Notes under the pieces: model-generated | Database searches by the model: none | What the model was told of the DNA's origin: nothing | Seen by the model: the letters and a program-made list of their open reading frames with translations, nothing else | Position numbers and translations under genes: made by a program | Source of the DNA: Utricularia gibba | Lineage: Eukaryota; Plantae; Magnoliophyta | Assembly (NCBI GenBank): GCA_002189035.1 | Contig: NEEC01000007.1 | Location: forward strand, 3,286,001 to 3,350,000 | Direction of reading: 5' to 3' | DNA length: 64,000 bases | Shown here: positions 12,760-24,749 of the stretch, piece after piece | How the letters are laid out: the number at the start of each line of letters is the position of its first letter | Position numbering within the stretch: the stretch's first letter is position 1

Positions 12760-13665
12760 CTGCTCAAACCAAGAGTTAAGTATGTTCTAGACCAAGCACG
12801 AATAGAAGAAATATGGGACAAGCTTGTTGAAATGTATGGAGAAGACAAAGAGGCTCCAAAAAATAGAATACAACGACAATGGAAACTTTTTGACAACCTC
12901 AAATTTATACTAGGAAATGAGCATTTAACAATTTTCTGAAATACTAACCAAGATTGTCACTGAGTTGAAAGCACTTGGAGAACCTATGGAGGATCAAAGG
13001 ATAAAATACAAGATCTTGAATGCTCTTCTCAAATCATTTGCTAGAGTGGTTTGAAGAAGCACTAGAAATATCATATGAATCAGAAGAAGTTCTTCATGAA
13101 GATACTCAAGATAAAATTCTTAAAGGCATTACATTTCAAGTTATTGAAAATCAATCTCAAAGTTATTTATCTGTCAGAAATCAGGGAATGTATTTTAAAG
13201 CTAGAAAACTAAACTTGAGGTCCAAACTAATTGCTTTTGGAATCCTATAATACCATGCTCTTGGAGGGAAATCTTATAGAAAATTGTATTAAATTAAGTT
13301 ACAAAATGAATGATACATATCTTTCCTTTAAATCAAATAAGAAGATTGAACTTTATCCTTTGTCTCAAAACACCTTAATAACTACCTTCATTGATTTGAG
13401 AAAACAAGAAGTTTTGCTACTGGATAGTGGGTGCACACATCACTTGTCCAACAATCGTAGCAAATTCACTACCTATTTACCTCTTATAGGAAAGTTCATT
13501 GAAGTAGCAGATGGTAAACTTATACATGTGGAAGGATTGAGAACTATATACCTTGAGATTGCATATAAACTCATTAAAATCAATGGTGTTTATTTTATCT
13601 CGAAAATAACCCATAGTCTACTATTCCTAAAAAATTTTAGGAAATTATTATACCAAGTATATTAA
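12760..13665 (+). mobile_element. Ty1/Copia gag-protease remnant
   Basis: UBN2-like gag (NQIVTELKALGEPMEDQRIKYKIL) and protease motif LLLDSGCTHHLS...IEVADGK, with several stops. Boundaries approximate. Confidence 0.75.
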
Positions 13666-13816
13666 ACTCTAAGAACTAATTATGTGTTTTAAATAAAACC
13701 ATTGGGATCATTTATTATAAACATTGGGAACTAAATTTGATAAAATGAAAAAACTTCCTATATTTTTTATACAATTTTATCATTAAGGTTCTAAGCATAA
13801 CTACAGGTACTCCCAC

Positions 13817-15044
13817 ATGGCCACTAAGTGTTCAGTTATGATGTTCAGTTTACCCACCGTCCGTTGTGCTGGCCCCGCCCTTCCCCTAAAATCGTCCACC
13901 ACCGCCGTTCTCGCGACTGTTCCGATGAATCATCTTCTTCCCAAGGGCGCGATCTCACATGTTTCCGGCGGTGTTTTGGTTCTATGCCGGGGTGCAGGTC
14001 GCGATTCGGCGGTGGCGAAGTCGGATAATTCCACCACCGCTCTGGTGGAGACAGAATCGGCGGCTGATATAGTCAGGAGGTTCTACTCTGGATTCAATGA
14101 CCGTAATTTGGCCGCCTTGGAAGCTATCATTTCAGAGGATTGCACTTACGAGGATCTCGTTTTCCCTCAGCCTTTCGTCGGCCGCAAGGTAGGTGTTTGG
14201 TGTAGGGCGTCAATTTCAATTTCGAATGTGGATTTTGTTTGAGTTTGTGCGTCGTCTTGGAGTTTTAGGCGATTCTCGAGTTCTTTAAGAAGTTCATGGA
14301 TTTGACTAGTAGAGACCTGCAGTTTGTCATAGACGACATCTCTGAGAAGGATGAGTCTGCTGTTGGAGTAAGTTGGCACCTGGGTAAGTATGTACTAAAT
14401 TTGTATTGAATAGCTTAGGAGCAACAAACTGTATCACAACTCACAACTGTTTGGAGTTTGAGACATCAGCACCGCCACGCCTCCGCTGTATTGGCGTCGA
14501 TGCTTAGTGATGATGATGATTTACTTTCCTTGAATGGGCGCAGAATGGAGGGGAAACCTTTTCCGTTCAGCAAGGGATGCAGCTTTTATCGGAGTAGTGT
14601 GATCAACGGCCAGAGACAAATAATGTAAGCCTTTTTCGTCTTCAAGTTGGGTCTGATTTGTGAGGATGATATTGTTGATGGGGTGATTCAGGGTGAAATG
14701 TCTGACCTGAACTCACTGATGCATCTCTACTCGCATCGAACATTGGATCATTCCTTATTTCTGCGTTGCAAGCCTAGCTTTTTAAGTCACTTGTTCCATT
14801 TTGATGGGCGACCATAATGATTCGAATTCATGCAACAGATATGGGAGAGATTCTGTCGAGCCGACGGTGAAACCAGGAGATGCTGCATTGGTAATACAAC
14901 CAACACTAATTTCTCCAACGGACAATAATTTGTTTAGTAATTTCTCTTTGTCTGAGATTTGTTGGTTTTTGGCATTTTCAGTTCGCCATAGGCGCTATCA
15001 CTCGCCTCCTGGAGAAATTCCCTTCTTTAGCAGACGTGCTATAG
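13817..15044 (+). CDS. NTF2/SnoaL-like family protein with probable plastid transit peptide, 5 exons; one -1 frameshift at 14550-14553
   Basis: Exons 13817-14188, 14269-14383, 14544-14624, 14839-14890, 14982-15044. Motifs AADIVRRFYSGFN...ISEDCTYEDLVFPQPFVGRK, LQFVIDDIS, KPFPFSKGCSFY and YGRDSVEPTVKPGDAAL. Confidence 0.85.
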
Positions 15045-15398
15045 GCTCAAACTTGGAACAGGTGTTGCATCTCCCCTATGCTGTACATCACTAGAGGAAG
15101 CATTGAATAATTAATTATTTTAAAAATCATTTTGTATACGAAGTACAGGAAACAAGTAGGATAACAACAACTGGATTTGCAAAAGAATCTGCTAGAAACC
15201 TCACTTGCGCATACCCTCCGCGGGCAAGAAAAAAAACAAGAAAACAAAAAGGTTAAGGTGCAAGGGTAGTTTTTGTCAAAATCATCAGTTTGTGGGCCCC
15301 TTGATACCACACGGTGGCAAAGGTACATGAGCCTCGAGAAATCCTCCCAAGATTCCGCCGCCATTGACGGCTGATTCGCGATCCCTACCTAAATCGCA

Positions 15399-17852
15399 AT
15401 GTCTGCGGCTTCATGTTTCGCCGGCCGGCATTGTGAGGTCCGCCCTGAATTGACGTCATCTAGTCGATTCAACAGTTATGCGTCATCGGTCAGTCAAAGA
15501 GCTATTCAACTCGTGCTCTCCAAGCCGTTCTCTGAGGTGATTGAAATCTTTCATGCGGTTTTTTCGTAAATTTGAGGAGAATCAACATTATCTTCGCATT
15601 TTCCCCTGAAAAATTCTTGGATGCGAAGGAATTTTCGTGTGTCTCAATGTTTTTTTGCTGCACATTTAAGGTTTTATCCGAGATTCGAGCTGTGTGAAAA
15701 GTTCGGGAAATTTATTCCAGGGCACCATTTTTACGGGCATTTCTTTTTCTGTTATTTGTTTTCATCAGAAATCGGTGAATCATTCAAGAAGTTCACCGAT
15801 GTACCCAACTATAAGGATGAAAATGATTGGTGAAGGGCTGAGGGAGCAGAATACTCTGGTCAAGCCCGCAGACATTTTGGTAATAAACGGTGTGAAGTGA
15901 TATCCTGCACAGTTTACTGCTTTTGTTTGTTAGTTCTGATGTACAAATATTTTCTGTAGGGATATGAACTTGTTCAAGGAGCTGGGGTAAGATGGAGCTA
16001 CATTCTAGACAAATCAGCTCCCCAGCCACCAACTGCTGTTTTCTTGCATGGCATTCTAGGTAGCAGGAAAAACTGGGTAGGATTCATTCATTTTCTTGGA
16101 AACTTTTCATTCCCATGTCAATGATCACTCAATGAACCTCTTCATTCTTGGTTGAAAACGTTGCAGGAAGTTTTGCCAGGAGGTGCGCCAAAGAGTTTCC
16201 CAAATGGCAGGTAATTGCTGTCCTTTCTACTGATCTAAATGCATACGTGTAAAATTGGCATTTTTATGTGCACCTAATTTATGTTCATTTTTTTCAGTTT
16301 CTCCTTGTAGACCTACGATGCCATGGCGATTCAGCATCTCTTATGAAGAAAGGGCCGCACACTGTTTCTTCAGCTGCGCTTGATGTTTTGAAACTCGTAT
16401 GATTCTAATGATGATGCTCTGCACTTAGATTTTCCGTGCATGTCTTTATTCTTCTTTATGTTAGTAGAGCTTTTCTAAAATTTAAGAATAATGTGTTTAG
16501 AAAATCAAATGCTGAATTGTAGATTCAACTTATCTTCGTTCCTTCTTAATGTAATGACCGGAATTAATTTTTTTCTGCTGTCTAGCTTGGCCGACTAAGG
16601 TTATCCCTCGGGTGGTTGTTGGCCACAGTTTTGGTGGTAAAGGTAACGCAGAACCTGTTGAAATTTCATGGTGTTGAAAGTTTTCTTTATTTCATGGTGT
16701 TTCTTTTCTATCCAGTTGCCTTGAGCATGGCAGATCAGGTTGCAAAACCACTCGCTCGCCCTGTTAGAGTATGGAGTTATTAAATCCTTTCTACACTGCC
16801 CTTAATGACTCAGCTCCTCTCTATGGTAACCCATTCATGTTTTTTAATTTCATTCAGGTATGGGTATTGGATTCTACTCCCGGAAGAGTTCATGCTGGTG
16901 CACATGGAAATGACCATCCTGCTGAACTCATTTCTTTTCTTAGTAAATTGCCAAACGAGGTAATTTGAAATTTTCAGCATCATCGTAATGCTGTGTGGAC
17001 TGATTTACATTTACGTTGACACAATATTTCTTACATCCTCCGGATTGGTATCAAGAAAGGTCTCCTCCAAAATGGATGTTGTTGATCGTCTAGTTCAGCA
17101 TGGCTTCTCCAAAGATGTAGCCCAGGTATAATAAAGCCTCAAGCCTGTAATTTACACTGATTTACATATTTCACTTCATCTTGAATGTAGTGGGTGGTAA
17201 CCAATCTTCGGCGATCTGGAGAAGGTAATGGATCCTTGGTGAACGGAGCATTGGCATCAAGCTACTCATGGGCATTCGATCTCAATGGCATTGCTGAAAT
17301 GTACCAGTCCTATGAGGACACAAACCTGTGGCAAGCTATCTGTCGCCCTGTATTATCTCCGCTTGTTTAGTGCATCACTTTTTTCTCAGCATAACCATTT
17401 TTCTCGGCAAGAAACTGTTTATCTCTCGCGCTCCACTTTCACCATCTGATTCTCCGGGCACATGCTTGCAGGAGTCTTGTAGAAGATGTGCCTCGAGGTC
17501 TGCATATCAATTTTCTCAAAGCAGAAAGAAGTCTGCACAGATGGGCGTTAGAAGACCTTCACAGAATCCATTCTGCTGAGGAACAAGCTGCTGAAGAAGG
17601 AGGCGCTGTTGAAATGCATGTCCTGGAGGATGCTGGCCACTGGGTATGGTCTAGTTTTTCATGTTATGCAATGAAAGAAAATTCCCGCCATCTGTTTCTT
17701 ACAAATGAATGCTTGCAATCCGAAGTTACATCATACAAGGGGGGCTAAGTTAGCACCCTGTCTGTTGATTCGAAACTGGTTTGTTTTAGGTACACGCTGA
17801 CAACCCGGATGGACTTTTTAGGATTCTCTCGTTCTCATTCCAAGGATTCTGA
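15399..17852 (+). CDS. ABHD11-like alpha/beta hydrolase, 12 exons; two -1 frameshifts (16075-16077, 16605-16607)
   Basis: Exons 15399-15536, 15769-15879, 15960-16076, 16167-16210, 16298-16396, 16586-16642, 16716-16768, 16858-16959, 17060-17125, 17191-17330, 17472-17643, 17790-17852. Motifs FLHGILGS, VDLRCHGDS, GHSFGGK (nucleophile elbow) and AGHWVHADNPDGL. Confidence 0.88.
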
Positions 17853-18666
17853 CCATTTCTTGTGTTTTCATGGTATATTCAAACTGCAATATATTGGCGC
17901 TTAGAGTCGTCGCCCCCTTGAAATCTGACGCAAAGATCCCAGCAGCATTTATTTTGCAGATTGGGGAATTCCTGGTTTCTCAATGGCAGTTGAACCAAAC
18001 CACGAGCATATGTCGAAGCCTGCCTGCCTGCCTGGTCTGAAAATTCATGGATGATGAGGAAAATTAGGGCATCTCAAATTTTATTATTGAAATTTTCTTA
18101 TATTTGATTGGTTCAACTTCATAATGTACTTACTACGCGGCTATTGAAAGTTTCTTTTTACATTTAAAAAATGGAAACTCAAATTGGATTCCGACCAAAC
18201 CGCATTCTCAAACCAGTTGCATCTTGTGTCTGATCATTCTGAAAATAGTACGAACATCGTCCTGAGCAAAGTTTATCTTCCGAATAAAAATAAAACAATG
18301 ATAATATTAATGAATTCTGAACACCTTGAATTTTTTTATCTCATCTGGGGTTTTTGTAAAATCAGCATAAAATGAAAGTCAAACAGTGTTATGATAAATG
18401 AAGTTTGCGTCAATACGTCGGCAGGATGAATCACATGCAGAAGTGGCTTCAGCCGCAGCTCCTCGACTAAAAAAAAAAAAAAAAAGCCTACCGTTTCACA
18501 TTCGAATTCGTGCTTCTGACCTTTGTTTTATAAGGTCTACTTTGATGGTGACGTTGAAGGTGACTCAGACCATCTATATAAACAAAAACAAAACCGCTCC
18601 AGAGTCCAGAGCATCATCCTAAACTATCATAAGACAACAGAACCAGGAGAAGGAAGGGAAGGCGTC

Positions 18667-19053
18667 ATGAGCACTCACAACAGCAATAACGCCCCCACCA
18701 AGTACAACGGCGTTCGCAGCCGCAAATGGGGCAAATGGGTCTCCGAAATCAGGGTCCCCGGGACCCCAGACCGTCTCTGGCTTGGAACCTACGCTTCTCC
18801 TGAGGCCGCCGCCGTTGCCCACGACGTCGCACAGTATTGCCTCCGTGGCGACGCCTCCCCGCAACGCTTTAATTTCCCGTTGGTTCTCCCCGCCGGTGCC
18901 CGATTCGGGTTGTCGCCGAGGACGGTGCAGAGGGTGGCCTCGGAAGCCGGGATGGCGGTTGATGCTCGTTTGCAGGGTTCAAAGCAGATGTATGGGGGAA
19001 GCTACTCCGGTGGACCGGAGTCTCTCGATATCTCCGTTGATGATTACCTCTAG
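18667..19053 (+). CDS. Small intronless AP2/ERF transcription factor, DREB type (ERF019/ERF020-like), 128 aa
   Basis: AP2 domain KYNGVRSRKWGKWVSEIRVPGTPDRLWLGTYASPEAAAVAHDVA, then LSPRTVQRVASEAGMAVDA and terminal LDISVDDYL. The longer ORF from 18523 is probably 5' UTR read-through. Confidence 0.92.
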   Translation: MSTHNSNNAPTKYNGVRSRKWGKWVSEIRVPGTPDRLWLGTYASPEAAAVAHDVAQYCLRGDASPQRFNFPLVLPAGARFGLSPRTVQRVASEAGMAVDARLQGSKQMYGGSYSGGPESLDISVDDYL

Positions 19054-19522
19054 AGGACGGCCTCTGCTCGTGCCATGCATGAATGGCGGGAGGGGGCCTT
19101 TTGGCGGCATCGGCCCCTGTGCCGTACCACCTTCTCTCTCTGTCTCCCTCTTTTCCTTTTTGTCAAGTTGAGGAATTGATTTTTTATATAACTAAAATCG
19201 GAACAGACAACAAAAAGACACTGCATTTAGGCAAAGCCCATGTCTCTGGTTTTATGTGACTTGAATTGGTCCCTGGACGGTTTTCTCAGCAATACCTCAA
19301 CAATGAGGACTGCTTTGTAGTCATCTAGATTTAGGCAACAAGGAATCTGTAGCAAACAAAGCAAATGGTGCTACAAAGTCGAACAACCTCATCATTCATT
19401 GCAACTACTGTACACGTGGTTTCGAAGATGGCCTTCAATTCTCTGTAGAACTCATCCGATCGGAACTCGATTCTTGACCGAGCTAACTCACGACTGCCGT
19501 ACGACAACCAGTGGCCTTTGCA

Positions 19523-20833
19523 CTAGAAGTCTTGCTTGGGCTTGCGGCTCAATTCAGTGTAACGCCCCCCCATAAGTTGAAGAACCTCTCGCCACAGACC
19601 ATCAGAGGAATTTTGCGAAGCGCCAGAGATCAAGTTTGCACTGCAAGCAGCAACGCACCAGTAATCTGCATCGATTTCGTCTCTCAGTTGGTCCAGTTGC
19701 CACCCTGCATATCCCATAAAGAAACCAAAGTCTTGAGGCTTAAGTAGCCCCTTCCTCACCAGCTCGGAAGCCCCATCTAAGCTGTTCCGGGAACCATAGC
19801 ACACCCCGGGTATCACTTCTTCAAAGCCTGGAAAAACGTATGTTTCCCCTGTCCCAACTAGAAACATACTTGCATCAAGGGGTCCGCCAAAAAGCAAAGA
19901 ACTGTCAGCAAATGTTGTTGCTAACTCGTTATTGGTTGGATTCACATGCTTCATCTTTTTGTTAAGAGGTCGATTTCTAATGATCCCAAAAGGCCCCTCC
20001 TGGGGGTTCCTGGTTCCTGATCTGAGTAGAAGGATAACAGTTCTTTCAAAGCTTCTCACTCCATCGAGCTTTTCTGTAGCAACAAGTAGAGATCCATTCT
20101 CAGGTGCCGAAATAGGGTGCGCCCACTTGAGGGGAAGTTGCTGTGAATGGGGCAATGATGATGCCCTACCAGAGGGGGAGGAATCTGGAACCTCATCCTG
20201 GAAATTTACATTCATACAGACAACATCGTAATCATGAAAATAGAGGAATTTTCGCACAATTCGCATCATATGCAATCCTGGAGTTCCTCCATAAGCAAGG
20301 AGTTACCTGCTCCTGTTTGTAGAGCATCGCTCTAAATTCTCTCCAGTCCAATGGCTTACGGTGATGCTTCTTGGGATTAGCATCACCACCAGATTTCGCA
20401 TTATCATTGTGCCCTATTCGAAAGGAGAGATAGCTGACAAACACATGCAAGCATACTCAACGGAACTCAAAAGGCAATAACCAATTCCAAACATTTCCCA
20501 AGCCAAATGGAGCAAAACTGAGGAATTATTGATCATAGACACACAAAAAAGAAAGACAAAGAGGAGCTTCTAGGACAGATATCATATCCCAATTACCAAT
20601 CCATAAATCAATCAATAAGTCAACTCAGAAAGAGCTTTCACCAGAATTCTGATTACTCCGATTTCCCGAGTTCTTTTGCGCCATAGCTTTAACGCTAGAC
20701 GACTGATACCTCGAAACCTTAATCTCCACAGTCATGGAGTTGTAATATCTCGAATTCCCGAAAATGGGTTTCTCGGGAGCAAATTTCCGAGGAAAAGACC
20801 ACTGCTTTTCGCATGCATACACCGCAGATCCAT
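19523..20833 (-). CDS. DUF179 (UPF0301/YqgE-AlgH family) protein with probable transit peptide, 3 exons; probable -1 frameshift at 20775-20777
   Basis: Exons 20833-20642, 20413-20307, 20197-19523. Motifs LDWREFRA, WAHPI...GSLLVATEKLDGVRSFERTVILLL, FGGPL, FFMGYAGWQLDQL and LWREVLQLMGG. Confidence 0.88.
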
Positions 20834-21167
20834 GGATTCACGGTGCAACACGAACAAGAGATCTCCGAGTCCTGTTATCACTTTTCCTTATAAGGAAGGA
20901 ATCAGAAGCAACCATGGAATATCCTTCCGGAGGGAATTGAGGCGAAAATGGCACTCAACTGGGTAGACAGATATTCTATCCTGCGCCATGCATTTTAGCA
21001 GATAGTTTCTATCTTGCGCCTGGCTTCGATGGTGGGCCCAGACAAAAAATCTATCCAAGAGCCTTAAGGCCCAGTCCGAGTCCTTAGTTGCTCATTCATC
21101 TCTCAACTGGATTGGCCGGGAAAATTAACGGCTGGAAACTCTGTGGTATCTTCAACTTCAAAACTCA
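20834..21167. promoter_or_regulatory. Candidate bidirectional promoter between the divergent DUF179 and GST-N/thioredoxin-fold genes
   Basis: Only 334 bp separate the two ATGs. Site II-like TGGGCC / GGCCCA motifs occur at ~21034 and ~21068. Confidence 0.55.
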
Positions 21168-23741
21168 ATGCATTCTCCGGCGGTTTTCTCCGTAAATCCG
21201 TTCTCCGTCAGTTTTTCCTTCAGAAACTCGATCGATGATCGCAAGTCTGCGGTGGAGTTATCGAGTATCTTTCCAGTATTCACCAATTTCAGTGCTTCAG
21301 CTGCCGGATTTGCAGTTTGTTGCAGAAATCAGCGCAAGTGTATTGTTACGGAGAGAAGGAACATCTCGTGTCATGTGAAGAGATTTATGGGTAATGAAAA
21401 TGAAGCTTTGACTTCAAGTGAAGATGATGCTACGGGAAACGCAAGCAGCGGATCGACCGCCAGTTTCTTGTCCTTTCTCTGCCCGTTGCTTAAGCTCTTC
21501 TCAGTAAGTGATACTATTGCTTTCTTATAGTACTAGAGCTAATTTCTTTGAGTCGCATTTCAGCTTTAGCGTGGTCATCATTTCTGGGTTTATTTTGTAG
21601 GCTGGAGATCCGTCCGGTGACCGAAACTATCTGCTGGAGGTATTCTGCTCATTTTTACTGTTTTAGATATTTTCAATGGCCCTGCTCTGCGTAGATTGCA
21701 TGCTGTACTGCAACCTCTTTTTTTCTTTATTATAGACGAATCTCGGGACAAACATAACAGCCGTAGCATTGAAGAGTTGAATGTATCTGTTAATGCAACG
21801 TCTGTTTTTCTTTATTGTAGCTTCACTCGAAACTATTGGCCTTTTTGTAGGAGTCTACGTCTTCAATATCCAGTTTAGCAAGGTTTTTTTGGGGGTCTAG
21901 ATCAGTGTATCCTAGTCCAGATGACCATGAGATATTAGATCCCCCACTGCTTCTGCAGCTCTATGAATTTGGTATGCTTCTTTTTTTTTAATCAATGACT
22001 GGATGGCCTTATTTTTTTTTTAAAAAAAAAACAGCTAGATGTCTTCCTCTCTCACATCCTTATCTTAGATGGAAGTGAAAAGTAGTAATTTAATTTGAAA
22101 GGTAATGCAATTTTAACTTCATCCGCCTTGATCTTGGTTTAACTGAAGTATGTAGGATTTGTCAACAGAGGCATGCCCCTTCTGCAGGAGGGTAAGGGAA
22201 GCGATAACTGAAATTGATCTATCTGTGGAGGTATGCAAGAAACATTATATTAAATTTCAAATAAGGAAAAAAAAATGAATATCGGTATTGAATCTCCATT
22301 GATTTCCAGGTTTTTCCATGCCCAAAAGGGTCGAGGAGACATCGGGAAGTTGTCAGGAAACTTGGGGCAAGGAACAGTATGCATTTTGTTCCCTATATCC
22401 GTTTCAGAATACAACATTTTCTTTATTTTTCGACCATGAATCTAATTATAATTTCATTGGAATCATTGATTGCAAGGCCCCAGCTTTATTTTCACCATTT
22501 TCCATTCATCCAAATGCTCAAGTATTCGGTATATCAACATTGTGTAACATAACAAAATTAGAAAAATGCAGGTTTCCTTTCCTTGTAGATCCAAACTCAG
22601 GAACTTCATTGTATGAAAGCGGTGAGTTGCTTCTTATATTTCAGTATGCTTTTTACTTGAATTCATTTACAGCAAGTGAACACCAAATTCCATCATGTTG
22701 TTTGAGGCATTCTTTACTGATCACATTGAGCCAATGGAGAATCTCTTTTCTAGGTGATATTGTAAAATACTTATTCCAGAAATATGGAGGAGAAAGAAGC
22801 CCCTCATTTGGGTTGTTAGAGAGGTGAGTCACTATTTGAGTTTTCAGCATATATTCAATTTTTCATACCCTAACATATTATTATTTTTATTATGAGCGTA
22901 CAGTACCATGCTAACAGGATGGATGCCAACTCTACTTCGAGCAGGCAGAGGAATGACCTTGTGGAAAAATTCCTTTAAGGAGCCGCCGTCTCAGAAAATA
23001 GAACTCTTCTCATTTGAGAACAATCCAGTAAGCATTGGCCGTCATTGCGGTCTCATCCATCCAAAGTTTTTCATTTTTTATGTTGGGGCTCACAATCATT
23101 CGTGCTTCTTTTTTTTTCTTCTGCAGTATTGTAGGATTGTTCGTGAAGCACTTTGTGAGTTGGAGCTTCCATACATAGTTCGTAGCGTTGGTCAAGGATC
23201 AAAGAGAGCAAAGCTCCTATATGAGATATCTGCCTCAAAAGAGGTCATTTTATTAAAATGCTTTACATTCTTACTTGTCAAAATGATCTTTCAGCCAAAT
23301 CGCGCTCCACGCTATGTAGTGTTGTTAGCAGTTCCCATTTCTCAGCATAAAGCACGCACGTTTTAGCAATGTATCATCTAAGTGAGCCTGCCTTGAATGT
23401 ATCATATTCTTTGAACAGATATCTGGTCTCACCTGGAATTTCTTTCCATATTCTTTGAACAGATATCAACAAAGTATCTTCTGGCCCACCAAAATTATCA
23501 TTATCTCACCTTTTTAATTGTTATCGATGAACTTTCGTACGTGTGATTTATGTACTTTACCTCATGCATGGAATCCAGTGCAGTCTTGTTGCCAAGTCAT
23601 ACAACTGAAATGATGTAAATGCAGGTGCCTTACCTGGTTGATCCCAACACAGGAGTGGGACTTGGGGACTACAAGCAGATCGTATCTTACCTGTTTCAAA
23701 CATATTCTTCTGCCAGCGAAAAGGTCTCAGACCTAAGGTGA
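21168..23741 (+). CDS. Plastid-type protein with two GST-N/glutaredoxin (thioredoxin-fold) domains, 10 exons; one -1 frameshift at 22364-22367
   Basis: Exons 21168-21503, 21601-21639, 21851-21971, 22169-22230, 22310-22376, 22572-22621, 22754-22823, 22904-23027, 23127-23243, 23625-23741. Motifs LQLYEFEACPFCRRVRE (CxxC), FPFLVDPNSG, ENNPYCRIVREALCELELPY and VPYLVDPNTG. Confidence 0.9.
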
Positions 23742-24749
23742 ACGAACCTTCTTTCTTTGTACGGGCTCAAACAATTCTTTCCATATTCTCTTCGATGGCG
23801 CGGTCTGAAACATCTGTGTTCTTGAATGTAAATTTAAGTGGTGAAATTGATTGGTAGGTGACAAATGCCAAGTCATTTTGGAATGTAATGAAGGTTGGGA
23901 GAGCCAAGCAGACGCCCAGGCCAGTCAGCCTTCTCTATTAAAGAAAAAAATGGTTGACATCAATGTTCGAATTTAAAAAAAAAAAAATGAATGTTGCATA
24001 TGACACAAAAAGCAAAATTTCAAATACAATGATTAAATTTTAATAAAATTTTAAAAAATATATTTCATTTAAAAAATCCAAAATTTGAAAGGTTGAATAA
24101 AATCTTGAAAAATATCAATCTGTTGAAATGAGATGATGAATGTAAAAAGACATTTGCAACCTTCAAGGAGTATCTAATGTCTCCATCAACCTCTTTTCAT
24201 GAAACCATTCTCAAGATTACCTATGAGAGCAATCTCTTAAGTTAAGTGAGTATGGTTGTTTTGGTGTGGAACTTTAAAATTGGCTAGACATTGCTCGGGA
24301 GGATTTTACAAAAGGATATCTATCTACAATTCATTTGGCTTGAAATAAGGCTCTTTTCAGCTACGGGAAATCCAAAGTTTTCTACAATAGAATTAACAGC
24401 TATGCATCCGAAAATCATGAACGAAAGCAAGAAAAGTTGTGGCAAAATGGCTCATTCTAAATAGTTGGCTCCAATGGATTTATATTTGAAACCAGTTGAA
24501 ACCATATCCCTCTTCACTAAATAATTAATCACGTGCGCTCAAAGTGTCCAACTTAAGCAAAAATAGAGGGAAAATTAGAATCAAAGAAGGAAGGAGACAA
24601 AGGAGGGGTCGAAGAGAAGGTGTTATTTTCAAAAACTGAGTTCGAAATTACAAGGATTGATTTTATAATAGAAAAAATAACGATCATCTTTTTTACAAAA
24701 ACTATTCTTCCTTAAATAAATATTTTTTTTAATCTTATCATTCTTCTTT

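Noticed and set aside
18523-18666. 48-aa N-terminal extension of the ERF
   Set aside because: TTG start in the ORF track. The ATG at 18667 gives a typical short DREB-type protein.
1105-23741. Calling the five frameshifted host genes pseudogenes
   Set aside because: The lesions are uniformly -1 in G/C runs with no other decay, which fits sequencing error better than gene loss.
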